NCBI GenBank assembly: GCA_965240325.2
Contig: OZ251235.1
Coordinates: 744,001 to 808,000 of the forward strand
Length of the DNA stretch: 64,000 bases
Source: Rebecca billardiae RCC1528
Taxonomy: Eukaryota; Protista; Haptophyta
Direction of reading: 5' to 3'
Made by a program: the position numbers and the translations under genes. Under the pieces are notes generated by a model. That model was not told the DNA's origin. It saw nothing but the letters and a program-made list of their open reading frames with translations, and searched no databases. Of the stretch, positions 45,025-55,768 are shown one piece after another; positions within the stretch are counted from its first letter, which is position 1; each line of letters starts with the position of its first letter.

Positions 45025-46311
45025 GGGCGAGCTGAACAGCGCCATCACGGCCGTGCGCGCCAAGACGGACGAGCTGGCCGTGCTGTACGACACGGCGGTG
45101 CGCGGGCTGCACGCCAAGGCGGACGCGGTCGCCACGGCCGAGCTCGGTCTGCAGCTCTCCGAGCACAGCCGCGCCATCGAGGGTCTGCACGCGCAGCTGG
45201 GCGCGCTCTCAAGGCAGCTCGCAGATGTAGCGGATCGGCCCGGCGACGCGGGCGCGGACGCGCGGCGCGGCGTGGACGCGGACGGGATCCAGCGCGCGCT
45301 CGCCGCGCTCAGCTCGCAGCTGAGCGCCGCACTCGGCGCGGGCCCAACCTTGGCCGCCACCGCCAATGCGATGCCCACGCCGAGGCCCATGTCTTCTGCG
45401 TCCGCGCGCGGCGCGGGCGGCCTCGCCAGCGCTCGCACGCCGCGGCGCGGGTCGTCGCCGCCCCGGAGCGCGGCGGAGCTGCTCGAGGGCGGGCTCCCCG
45501 CCTCCGCGGGCGGCGTGAGCACGCGCTCGCGCCGGGTCTCCCCGGGGCGCGACGACGCGGGCACGGCATCCGCCATCGACGGCGCGGAGCCGCGCGAGCG
45601 CACGCCAGGCCGGGCCGGCTCGGCCGGGGGCTCGCCGCCCCGCTCGACCTCGCCAGAGGCGCTGGTGCCGATCGCGCCGCTCTCGACGCGGCTCGGCGCG
45701 GAGACGCGCCTCGCCGGGCGCGACGGGCGCTTCTACCGCGGGCGCGAGCTCGACGCCAACGTGGACGTGCAGTACTACGTGCTGGGAGCGGCAGAGGGCG
45801 GCCTGTCCAACACCGTCTCCACAAGGTGCGCCGCCGTGCGCGCGCGCCGCGCGCGCGCGCGCTGCCGCTCGCGCGTTGGCACGCGGCTGGTGCTCAGCGC
45901 GCCGTGCGCCACGGTAGGCACTGCGCGATTGGTGACGCACGCGCCGTGCGCGCTGGCGCGCTGTCCGCCCACGCGTGGCTCTGCAGGACGGTGCACGCGG
46001 CACACGCCTCTCCCGGCAGCAGCGGGGCGATGGGCGTGCGACCAACGAGCGCGTCCGCCTCGGCAGCACCGACGTTGCCAGGGACGCCTGCAGGCACGGC
46101 GGTGAGCGCAGCGCGAACGCAGCCTCGGCCACGAAGCGCATCGTCACACTCCCCAGCGCCCCATGCTGCCGGCTCTGCCACAGCAGCTGCGCTCGCCAAT
46201 CGCCGCGGGCTACCTGCGTCAGCAGCAGCAGCCGCAGTGCCGCCCGCATCTTCCGTCGTGGTGCCGCCCGTGCCGCAGTCAGCAACGCAGGCATCTCAGT
46301 CTCAACGTTAG
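43241..46311 (+). CDS. EF-hand-like N-terminus + Trp/Arg-rich Sfi1-like repeats + coiled coil; one intron at ~45826-45987
   Basis: DKDGVGAVPREQF and DPHSAGMLDFSD EF-like loops; periodic W motifs (VMDGW, TFGAW, LLGW, GFSTW, LRRW, LRAW, LLAW); KAD coiled-coil segments. Confidence 0.6.
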
Positions 46312-47488
46312 GCCGGATGTCGGAGCCTGGCAGTGCTGCCAGTGTCAGTGGCCAGCAGAGCAAGTCGTAGGCTCGTCGCCTGGGTGCGCGGCATCTCTGT
46401 CTACCCCGGGCTGTGACCGGAGCGCCTACGTACGGTCGGATCTGCCGTGCCTGACTGAGTACCGTGACTGTCTCGGAGCGACTCAGCCTGAGGAGTAACT
46501 CGAAAGTTATATAATATATAATAAATTCGACGACATCATCAGTAGTCGTAGCTTATTAGTAGTTGATGACGGCACTGGCCGTACAGCGTCAGTAGGCTCC
46601 AGCGAGTCGGGCGGACTCAGGCGGAGTCCCGCCCGTACAGACTGCTGCCACGCCGCCTAGTAGTGCGTCCCCGTGTGGTCTCACGGAGCAGCGCGCTCTC
46701 AAGCGCGTGCCTCCGTCAGCGCGGGGCGGCCGTCTTCAGCACATCTTGCTCGGCAATGGCCCGCCTCGATGAGGTGCGGCAACGCGCCACTCAGTACTCA
46801 CCCGTGCTGCGCCGGTCCGTCACAGGAGTTTTGAGTCATGAGTGTGGCGGTAGTGTCTTTGACTTTGTGCACGGTGTTCTTGGATGGCGTCAATCGCGAC
46901 AATCGATCATGCCTCAGAATCAACCAAGTGTGCGCAGCACGCGCGTTATGAACGAAGCCTCGCCGCATCGTCATTCGTCCGACTCACTCGACTGATGACT
47001 GTCCGACTGTCGATCGCATCATCAGCTGTAAAGTGTCGTAGTAATAATCTGTCCGAACTCGTATGCATCAACGCCATATATATATATACGACATCATTCA
47101 TCGATCAAGTATCAACTACGACTGCTGAACTACTGCCTACTGGGGCGTTGACACCGATTCCCACTGGCCACTGCTGGCGATCGAGGCCACGTTACTGGGT
47201 TTGTCGCGCAGTGACGACATATATATGTCCTCGTCGTAAATGGAATGTGCATGGTAGCTTAGTCAGAGCACTGCGTTAAGTGGACGACGACATGTGCATC
47301 CCGCGTGACTGAGCAGCTGCATTGTCAGATTGTGCTGAGTGTGACGACGAGTTGTGCCGATGCCAGAAGCAAGCATGCACAGCTGGCACTCCGCGAGGGG
47401 GCGTCGAGCAGGAGCCAACGAGGCTGCTTGCTCGCTCGTCGTTGTTCGCTCGCATCCAGGCACGCGCGCAGGCGGCGGGTGCGACGGC

Positions 47489-49038
47489 TTACTGCGTTGC
47501 ACTGCGCTCGCGCGCCTCTGCACGCTTGCGCGCGAGCGCTCGGCGCCGCTGGCGGTAGCAGCCTGAGATGCAGCATGACAGCAGGCAGCAGCCTGGGATG
47601 CCGAATATGATCATCGCTGCTGCCCAGACAGGCATGCCCAGGAACAAGTTGTCCAGCCAAGAGAGGTCGACCTGCAGATCGTTGCCGAGGTTGCGCTCGT
47701 CCTCCGCCTCCGTCGCCGCGCGCGTCTCGTTGTCGCTTCGCTCGCGGCGCAGATCTTTGAGGTACTTGCGGTAGTCGCGATCGTAGTTGATCGTCTTGTC
47801 GAGGTCGAGCTCCCACACGTCGTCCATGATCTCCCAGCGGCCCCTGTACCTCGAGCCGCCGACGAGGATGAGAATCGTGCTGTCCGGGACCCACGCCTGC
47901 AGGCCAACGCGTCGAGGGAGGGAGGGAGCGCGGCTCAGTGAGCCGCGGGCTGCGGGGGCGCACGCGAGCGGGCGCGCGCGAGCGCAGCACGGCTTGCTTT
48001 CTCACCAACGAGGCGCCTGTCCTCTGACCAGGCGTCGTCGCGCCAACCGAGAGCTTCTCCCACCCAGCGCTGTGGCGCGACAGCAAGCGTGGTGCCGGGT
48101 GAGCCGCGTGGATCGTCAGACGCGCGGCAGTGCGACGCGCCGGATCGCAGTGCGCGCATCGCACACCTCGAGTAGCGCCAAGTCTCTTCGTTCTCCTCGT
48201 CATCGTCGTTGACGCCTCCGAACATGACGATCTCGTCGGCATCGCTGGAGCCTGCGGCCGCGTGCAGCCGCCGCGCTGATGGGGGCTGCCCCCCGCCCTC
48301 GAGCAAGGAGGCGTTCACCAGGCTCAAGTCGAGCCGAATCACATCCCGCACACACTCCAGCCCGGCCGCACCGCCGATGATGTGCATCCCTCCTTCGAAC
48401 CAGACCGCCGCGGCGTCGCGTCGTCCCTGCGCGAAGTCGTCGGTGCCCGCGGGGACGAGGTTGTCCCACGTGTGCGAGAGCAGAGAGTAGCTCCACGCGT
48501 CGTCCAGGAGCGCTCCGCCTACGAGCTGCTGCCCACCAAAGACGTACAGGGTGTGGCCCGAGAGTGCCGCCACGTGGCCGGACCGCGCCGAGGGGCGGCT
48601 GGTACCTCCTTGCGGCAGTCGCGTCCACTGGCCCGTTCGGGAGTCGCCAGGGCCTAAGGCGGTTGTCAGTAGCCACAGGTCGTCGAGCACACACGAGTGG
48701 CCACAAGCTCCGCCGAACACAACAAATTCTCTGCTCACCGTGCACACGCCTGCGTGATGGATTCGCGCGCGCGGGTGATCACCGGAGATCTGCACGGGGA
48801 TCCAGCCCTGGCGGGGCTCCAGCAGCCATGCGTCGTCATGGAGAGTGCCTCCAACGCCTTGTCCGCCGAAGATGAGTACGCCCGCCGGGGTTCCACACCA
48901 CAGGCCTGTGTGGCCCCATCGCGCGCCGGGCTGCCTGCCGGTGTCGTTCAAGCTGAGCCTCTCCCACGGCGATGTGGGCGGTGTCTGCGAGTGGACCAGG
49001 GCACCAAAGAGCAGAAGCAGCGCCAGGCTCCAGTGCAT
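47489..49038 (-). CDS. Type-I membrane Kelch-repeat protein, 3 exons
   Basis: Signal peptide MHWSLALLLLFGALVHS, repeated (P.AR..H...FGG...DD.W) Kelch blades, and a C-terminal TM helix followed by a Cys-rich, basic tail. Confidence 0.85.
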
Positions 49039-49251
49039 CGCGTCTGCTCGTGGCCACTGGTTCCAGCGTCGCGCGGCGCCCACCCAAGGAGGGGTCAAAA
49101 CAGAGGCGACCGCGGCCCACCTGCCCAGCGCCTGCCCACCGGCGCTCTCGACGCAGTGTCGAAGTCGTCCAAGGCTGACTAAACTCGTCCTCGATAACAC
49201 TGCTGATGAATACCCCCACGACGACAAATAATAAATCGCATCACGACCCCC

Positions 49252-50925
49252 ATGAATGGGCAATGGCGGCGGCGGGCCTTCCGCACGGCCGTGAGGCGGC
49301 GTCATCTTCTCGTCTGTGGCATATTATGCGCGCTCATCACGCCGCTTGCCCTCTTTGCGCTCGACTTGTCCGGACTACTGGGTGTCATCGTGGAGAGGGG
49401 CGTCGATGCGACCGCCGAGTACGGAGTCCGCGGTCTTGTGAGCGCCGAGCTCCAAGAGGTTGTGGGGACAATCCAAGCTCTGGTGGGAGACGCCGACACG
49501 CCGCAGGCAGCGACGGCGCTCCAGCGCGCTGCAGGGCTGCTAGTCCTCCTCGAAGGCGGCTGGCTCGAGCCACCCCGACCACAGGCTGGTAGCACAGCAG
49601 GCGCATGCACGCCCGACGTGCTTCGCGACGCGCGACGCTTCATGCGCTTTGCTTCTGCAACGTACGGCTGGGCGGTTCTCAACAACCTGTTCCTCCCGGC
49701 GGAGCAGGGCGTCCACGAGCTACTCATGCCTTCCCTGCGCGACGAGGCTGGGCTCAACGCCAACCTGGTCTTGAAGCACACGGGTGCTTCCACGTCGTTG
49801 CTGCACGTGCAGTGGACAAGCGCGCTGCAGCCGTACACGCCGGCTCATTACGTCGCAGCGGACCCGCCCTCGCGGGCCCTGGTGATAGCCATCCGTGGGA
49901 CCCTGCATCCGCTGGACCTGCTGGCTGATCTACGCGCCAGCCCCAGATCGCTGCCATGGCACTCGAGCGGCAGCGCACATGCAGGTATGCTGGCAGCAGC
50001 TCAGCAGCTGTGCCAGTCGCTCCTCCCGGCGCTGCGCAAGTGGCTGGCCCTCGAGGAGTACGCGAACTATGGCATCACCGTGGTCGGCCATTCGCTCGGT
50101 GGCGGCACGGCTGCGCTGCTTGCACTGGAGCTCCGGACGCTCCTTCCTGCAGACGTGCGCGTCCGCGCGTTTGCTTTCGCACCTCCAGCTGTGCTCAGTG
50201 AGCATGAAGCTGCTGACGCTGCATCGCTGGTCACTTCCATCGTGTCCGACGCTGACATTGTACCATCGCTCTCGATTGCTTCTCTGCGCGAGCTTGGGCG
50301 ACGCTGCAGCGTCGGCTATGATGTCCTGCGCGAGCGTGCCGGTGACTTGGCAGAGCAGGCCCATGCCCTCGTGAGAAACATGGCAGGGGTGGCGGATGTG
50401 CCGTTCACACCTGGACCACTGCCACGCATGCCAGCGGAAGACGGACGCAGGCCAGCCCATACACGTTTGTCCAGCAACGCGACCGAACGGGCGACTCTGA
50501 CCAAGCTCAGCGCTCAGCTCGACACGATGCGCGTTCATGAGCAGTTGGCAAACGCGCTGGGCACGAGCGGTGCAAGCCGCGGAAGAACGAACTCTCACGA
50601 GGCTGACAATGGCATGCTTGGGAGCACACAGCGCCTCTACCCTGCTGGTCTAGTCTGCCACTTACGCACGCGCGAGCTGCATGCCGGCGGCGATGAGCAG
50701 CTTGCGTGTGCGGTCGAGCAGACAAACGGAGAGGCCTTTCAGCATGTCCAGCTATCCGCTACCGGGCTCAGAGACCACCTACCCAGCAGGTACGAGGAGG
50801 TCCTCGAGAGATGTACATCAACGTTGCAGTTGGAGCGACCTGCTGGTGCTCCGATGTCGTCACATGCTACTGCGGCGGCGCCATCTGAATCGTCGTCGTC
50901 ATCACTGCTCACGCACGACAGATGA
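49252..50925 (+). CDS. Class-3 lipase (diacylglycerol-lipase-like) with N-terminal TM helix
   Basis: LVIAIRGT...D, AHAGML, VVGHSLGGG, DIVP and DHL motifs. Confidence 0.9.
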   Translation: MNGQWRRRAFRTAVRRRHLLVCGILCALITPLALFALDLSGLLGVIVERGVDATAEYGVRGLVSAELQEVVGTIQALVGDADTPQAATALQRAAGLLVLLEGGWLEPPRPQAGSTAGACTPDVLRDARRFMRFASATYGWAVLNNLFLPAEQGVHELLMPSLRDEAGLNANLVLKHTGASTSLLHVQWTSALQPYTPAHYVAADPPSRALVIAIRGTLHPLDLLADLRASPRSLPWHSSGSAHAGMLAAAQQLCQSLLPALRKWLALEEYANYGITVVGHSLGGGTAALLALELRTLLPADVRVRAFAFAPPAVLSEHEAADAASLVTSIVSDADIVPSLSIASLRELGRRCSVGYDVLRERAGDLAEQAHALVRNMAGVADVPFTPGPLPRMPAEDGRRPAHTRLSSNATERATLTKLSAQLDTMRVHEQLANALGTSGASRGRTNSHEADNGMLGSTQRLYPAGLVCHLRTRELHAGGDEQLACAVEQTNGEAFQHVQLSATGLRDHLPSRYEEVLERCTSTLQLERPAGAPMSSHATAAAPSESSSSSLLTHDR

Positions 50926-50932
50926 TTATTCT

Positions 50933-52974
50933 CACAGTAAAGAAATCGATTTTCGGCGTTACCGTAACCCGTCCGCGCTTCCGCCCAGTGGGGATGCGCT
51001 GGAATTTTTTTCATGCCCCGTTCGCGGCACTTCGCGCCGCCACAGTGGAGAAAGATCGGGCCGAAGCCCGTTTGAGCATGGTCGTTCGTGCGCACGCCCA
51101 TTCGAATCGATGGCGCGCTCCGAGCGGCGGGCGTGCGCGCATTTTTGCCGCGAGGGGGGCTGCGAGGCGTCGGCCGGCTTACCAAGGCGGTTCCCCGGGG
51201 CGGCGTCACCCTCGCCCGCCCCTCCTCGCCCACCCTCGCTCCACGGGCGGCCACACGTGAGCTGTTAAGATGACTTCACGGGGGCCGCGCGGCACGCGCG
51301 CGGAGAGGCGAGGAAGTGGTGTTTCGCGGAAAAACGTTCTATAGCATTGTGCTCAACCCATGTGGGCACCCGCTCCACAAGTTTGTACGCCGCCAAACCG
51401 CACACAGCGGCCTGAGCAGCTCCCAGACTGACTTTCGCTCTTGAAGCCTGTTTTTGGGCCAGATCTTGGTGTGGATGTAGCGCGGCGAGGAGGCGCCGGG
51501 CGCGCGCCCGAGCTGCGTGCTGGCACTCGCCATGACCCATAGGCATCGTCCGTCGCGAACGACCCGGCTCGCCTCGACCTCTCCGACCCGCCGGGCAGCC
51601 ACGACCGAGCGCGCAGCCAACGGTGTCCAAACAGAGGCTTCTCAGACCGCGTGGGATGGGCATAGGCGCGAGAGAGGGCGCCCAGCGCGCTCTTGGGATG
51701 CACAGGAGCACGCACTGATGCGTATGGAACCATCCCATCACGATCGCCCCGACCTGGCGCGCCCTATCTGGCCCGTCAGGCTGCCCGCGCCGCCGCCGCC
51801 GCACCACGCCGCCGCCACAGGCGCCGCCGCATCGCGGGCACGTGGGTAAGTCTGTATTCAACAAATACAGAATTTCCGGTGCGGCCCTCTTTTGGGCGGC
51901 AAGGTCGATCTGGTCGACACCTGCCGCGCGGCATGGGCCACGGCGCGGCGAGGTGGCGGCTGGCGCACCGCGGCGCGGGCGGGATGGCTCGAGGACACCA
52001 CCGCCCCGCCTCCCACGCCGCGCCGAGCGCGTGCGCCGTGCTCTCGTCGCGTACCGAATTTCCTGCGGCGAGCGACGCCACACAGCGCGACCATGCCATC
52101 GCGCGACGAGGTGCGTTCAGCTCAGCGATTTGTCGTATTTGTTGAATACATGCGGGTACGAATCGGACGCACGACGCCCTCGACGCACACGTCGAGAGCC
52201 ACGCGCGCGGCGTGGACTGGCACGCGACGCGGAGATGGCGGGCGCGGTGCCGCGGGCGCGCGACTGGTCTAGAACAGCACAATGAAGCGTGGGACGGCGC
52301 CGCGCGCGTGGGCTCGCTGCCGTCTCCTCGCAGTCGAATATTTCTGTGCACCCTCCTACCAGTTCAGTCGACCGACTTGCACGCGGCATGCGAGCACTGC
52401 GTGCGGGGAGGAGTGTGACATGGCAGGCTGTGGCGAGGTGGATGGCCGTGCAGGAGTATGCTAGGAAGGGCCGCTCCCGCGCTCGCGCGGTGCCTCGCGC
52501 ACGCCTCGTCGAGGACGAGCGTGTTTGAATGGCTCCGGGGAGGCCTGAGACTTCGCTTGTTCACAGCAGCGCGCGACAGGTGCACACAACGAAGGTGACG
52601 ACCAGGCACTCCGGCGAGGGCGGCTGTGCTGGCAGCAGACTGCATTCGGAGTAAGATGCGCCATCTTACGCGCCGCTTCGCCTCGCTGCATCGCCGCACT
52701 GAGCAGCAGGGCTCCACGCTCACGAATGGCTCACCACGAGCTACGTGACCGGCCAGCCGCGTGCAACCCGGCGAGGCAGAGAGGGGCGGAGGGATGGGGA
52801 GGCTGGGTGGGATGTTGCAGTCCCATGCCCGGGGCACTCGCCAGGCGCCTGCGCGACCACCGTAGCGTCGTCTGTGCGCTCGTGCGGCCCGCGCGAGAAT
52901 TTCCCCGAAAATCGGCTCGTGTGGGACGCCTCGGACGGGTTACGGTAACGATAATCCCGTTTTTGTTCACTGTG
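50933..52974. mobile_element. Non-autonomous CAC-terminated (CMC/EnSpm-like) TIR element with 2-bp CT TSD
   Basis: Ends are cacagt...actgtg, with a perfect subterminal IR cgttaccgtaacccgtccg / cggacgggttacggtaacg, and CT on both flanks. Confidence 0.75.
51853..52150. repeat. Internal perfect 16-bp inverted repeat (tgtattcaacaaatac), possibly a nested MITE
   Basis: Arms at 51853-51868 and 52135-52150; no TSD seen. Confidence 0.7.
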
Positions 52975-53171
52975 CTATTTTTAAATAATTCCCCTTTGTA
53001 ACGGGCTCCGGGTGATCAGGCTGGCGGCCGAAGCCGCTCCGCAGCCCTACTACCCTGGCCAGCCCCCAACCAACCACCGAACTTTGTCCGTTATAGCAGC
53101 TAAGTATGATGTACACAGCTTATATTATCCGGTGGGCGGATAGTCGTGTGCAGCGCCGCGCAAACTAAATC

Positions 53172-53173
<2 letters not shown>

Positions 53174-53246
<73 letters not shown>
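53174..53246. repeat. (TA)n microsatellite, ~36 units
   Basis: Directly visible; shorter TA tracts occur at ~12041, 19251, 25699 and 47076. Confidence 0.98.
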
Positions 53247-53248
<2 letters not shown>

Positions 53249-53587
53249 TGGCTTCCGTTTCTGTAGTAGCTAGCAGTCAGCAGTGACTGTACACGATTAT
53301 GCCTCGGTTGATGGGATCATATTGGTCATGCATGATATTGGCGGCTGCTTAAATCGAGCCCAGCAGCTGCTTAATTGGCCGCCTGCTTGCCATGTCATCA
53401 TATATATATGACAGCTCAGCCTCAGTCAGAATTAAATCGGACATTACGACGCTGGCATATCAACTACATATACCTCAGCTGTCTCAGAGTCGTATAGACC
53501 TATGACGGGTGCTGTCACAGTGACACTGACGATGAAACTGCAGACTTGCTGGCGCTGATGTGCTGGACGAACTGAGGACATAGCCAG

Positions 53588-55768
53588 CTACGCCGTACGC
53601 TGCAGCGGTAATGGTTGCGGTCCGCACGCAGACAGAGGACCCATCAGCCGATCCACCAGAGCACTCTCGACGGCAGCCCCGCTGCAGGGTGGCAGCTCAG
53701 CGGTGCCCGATGCCATGGTTTCGCCGTTGAAGCGATCGCCAGCACCGGCTGCCCAGCTCCGATCGCTGCCACCATCCGCAGCGCACAGCTGCCAGTAGGA
53801 GGGCGCTGGTCGCATGACGTCAAATGTGCGCAGTGCAAGAATGAGATCGTGCACGCGCGCGTTGAAGCGAGCATACGCGCTCGCAGCGCAAGCTTGCGCT
53901 CGCGCCTGGCCGGCGTCGGGCACGTCAGCGCGCGAGAGCGCAGAGCTTAGCCGGCTGACGAGCGCTTTCGCCGCAAGGACCATGCGCTGCCACATGCTCG
54001 TCTTGCAAGGGTCGTCGCCCGGGTGCTGCAACGTCCAATGGTTTGCCCAAGTGTGCGGGTCCTCGAGCGGGTGAGCAATGACGCACCCTGGGAGCATGGC
54101 CAGGAGCTCAGGGAGAAACATCCAGTACGGAGACACGAGCGCGCGCGGCTGTGCACGCGCGATTCGTGCGAGCAGCTTGAGCGCACCCTTGTAGGCGGTG
54201 TTGGACATGCAGCTGCGCGCCTTGCCGACTGCGAGGACGCACGCCTCCACGTCATCACCACCGTGATCGCGAAGCAGCTCGATCAGCTTTTGGTGGTTCT
54301 CCTGCGCGTTCGTTGTGACGTGGCACGACTCGTTGGTTCCATGCAGCGTGCGGACACCTTGTGCGCAGAGCACGTCTCGGAGGCGGGCCACGGCAGCGCC
54401 GCCAGGTGCAGCGCTCAAGGTCACTGCAGCATGTGGCACTGGGTCCACCCCTGCAGCTGGCTCGAGCGTCGGGGCAGAGGGAGCAGCCGGTGCCGAGAGC
54501 GCACCGACGCATGCAGACAGGCCACCAATGAGGTACTGGCGGGCAGGAGCCCGAGTCCCAGGCGGGATGTCGACGCCGACGTGCTTGCCACATGCACCAC
54601 GGCTGGCTGGATGAGGCTCTGCGAGCTTGCGCTCGCACGCTGGCAGAGCTGCTCCACCGCCAGCCCTCGCCAGCGCGGAGCGCCGGAGCGCCAGGACCTT
54701 GGTGGTGACTCGCTTGGTATCCACGACGTTGGCCCGCTTGAGGATGAAGTCCTGATGCTTGGTGAGCTCGCCGTACACCTTGCGATGATACGGTGAGTTC
54801 GCCACCTTGGCGAACCACCCAGACTCGCTCGACGCGCGGTAGTGGTGTGTGGCGAGCACGAGTATCTCGGCCTGGCTGTCGTCCGTCACGGTGGTCATAT
54901 CTTGCACCTCGTCATCTGACTCACGTGCGCGCACCTGCAGCCTGCCATAGTGCATTGTGCACTGGCGCGATCCCGGCAAGACCTTGGGCGAATGGATGCC
55001 GAGGCCGGAGGCGTTCAGGTACACGAAATGGCCAGACTCGTCCAAGATGCGCTGCTCGGCATGCGCCGGCACGCGCGAAAGTCGCACCGCGTACTTGTTC
55101 TCGATCTGGACCTTGCTGGTACCCCAGCGCTGCGCCGTGTGGCGCTTGAGGTTGCCCGGCAGCCCTGGCCTGTCGCGGAGCAGCATCTTGCCCGCGAGCG
55201 GCTCCCGCCTGCGCACTCGCTCGACGACACGCCCACACGGCTCCGCGCGCATGTCAAGCCCCCAGAAGATGAGCCATGGAGCAGAGACCAGGTCGCAGCC
55301 CGCGAGCTCGCTTGCGAGCAACGACGCGATCGTGCGCGAGGGGCACACCCGACTCACGATGAACTCGTCAATGTCGACGACGATGAGCCACTCAAACCTG
55401 TCGAGGGCGCGCACCCGCTCGAGGGCCGCAGAGTACAGCTCCAGCTGGCGTGGCAGCCAGCTCCGTCGTAGTGGAGACACGAGGTCCGGCGACCTCCAAA
55501 CCGTCAGCAGATCCGACGCCATGCACGTGACGATCCGCTCCAGGCCATCTGTGGACCGATCATCCACGAGGAAGGCGTGCTGCACACCCTGGCTGGCGTA
55601 GTGCTCGACCCACTCGCGCACGATGTCGGCCCGATTGCGAACAACCGCCAACACGGCAACAGACGCCGCGGGCCCCTCCACCCACGTGGTGTTGCAGCGC
55701 TCGGGCGGCGGCGTCCTGACGCCCGCGGCCCCGAGGGCGCTGACGACGAGACAGCTGAACGCCAGCAT
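53588..55768 (-). CDS. Secretory GT-A glycosyltransferase (GT2/GT92-like) with a C-terminal sulfotransferase-like domain
   Basis: Signal peptide, AVVRN...REWVEHY..QGV.H..LVDDRSTD and WLIVVDIDEF; C-terminal ELLAMLPGCVIAHPLEDP..W...Y..FNARV. Confidence 0.75.
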   Translation of the reverse strand: MLAFSCLVVSALGAAGVRTPPPERCNTTWVEGPAASVAVLAVVRNRADIVREWVEHYASQGVQHAFLVDDRSTDGLERIVTCMASDLLTVWRSPDLVSPLRRSWLPRQLELYSAALERVRALDRFEWLIVVDIDEFIVSRVCPSRTIASLLASELAGCDLVSAPWLIFWGLDMRAEPCGRVVERVRRREPLAGKMLLRDRPGLPGNLKRHTAQRWGTSKVQIENKYAVRLSRVPAHAEQRILDESGHFVYLNASGLGIHSPKVLPGSRQCTMHYGRLQVRARESDDEVQDMTTVTDDSQAEILVLATHHYRASSESGWFAKVANSPYHRKVYGELTKHQDFILKRANVVDTKRVTTKVLALRRSALARAGGGAALPACERKLAEPHPASRGACGKHVGVDIPPGTRAPARQYLIGGLSACVGALSAPAAPSAPTLEPAAGVDPVPHAAVTLSAAPGGAAVARLRDVLCAQGVRTLHGTNESCHVTTNAQENHQKLIELLRDHGGDDVEACVLAVGKARSCMSNTAYKGALKLLARIARAQPRALVSPYWMFLPELLAMLPGCVIAHPLEDPHTWANHWTLQHPGDDPCKTSMWQRMVLAAKALVSRLSSALSRADVPDAGQARAQACAASAYARFNARVHDLILALRTFDVMRPAPSYWQLCAADGGSDRSWAAGAGDRFNGETMASGTAELPPCSGAAVESALVDRLMGPLSACGPQPLPLQRTA

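Noticed and set aside
1739-46363. Numerous long Arg/Ala/Gly-rich ORFs (e.g. 1739..3892, 5262..6794, 16306..18447, 32952..35057, 35157..37298, 43052..45190)
   Set aside because: They are alternative-frame or antisense shadows of real genes, or read-through of stop-poor high-GC DNA, and show no domain motifs.
51700-51770. JAB/MPN-like motif (VMGWFHTHQ) inside the CAC-ended element
   Set aside because: The conserved Pro and downstream SxxD are missing and the surrounding sequence is not protein-like; too weak to call.
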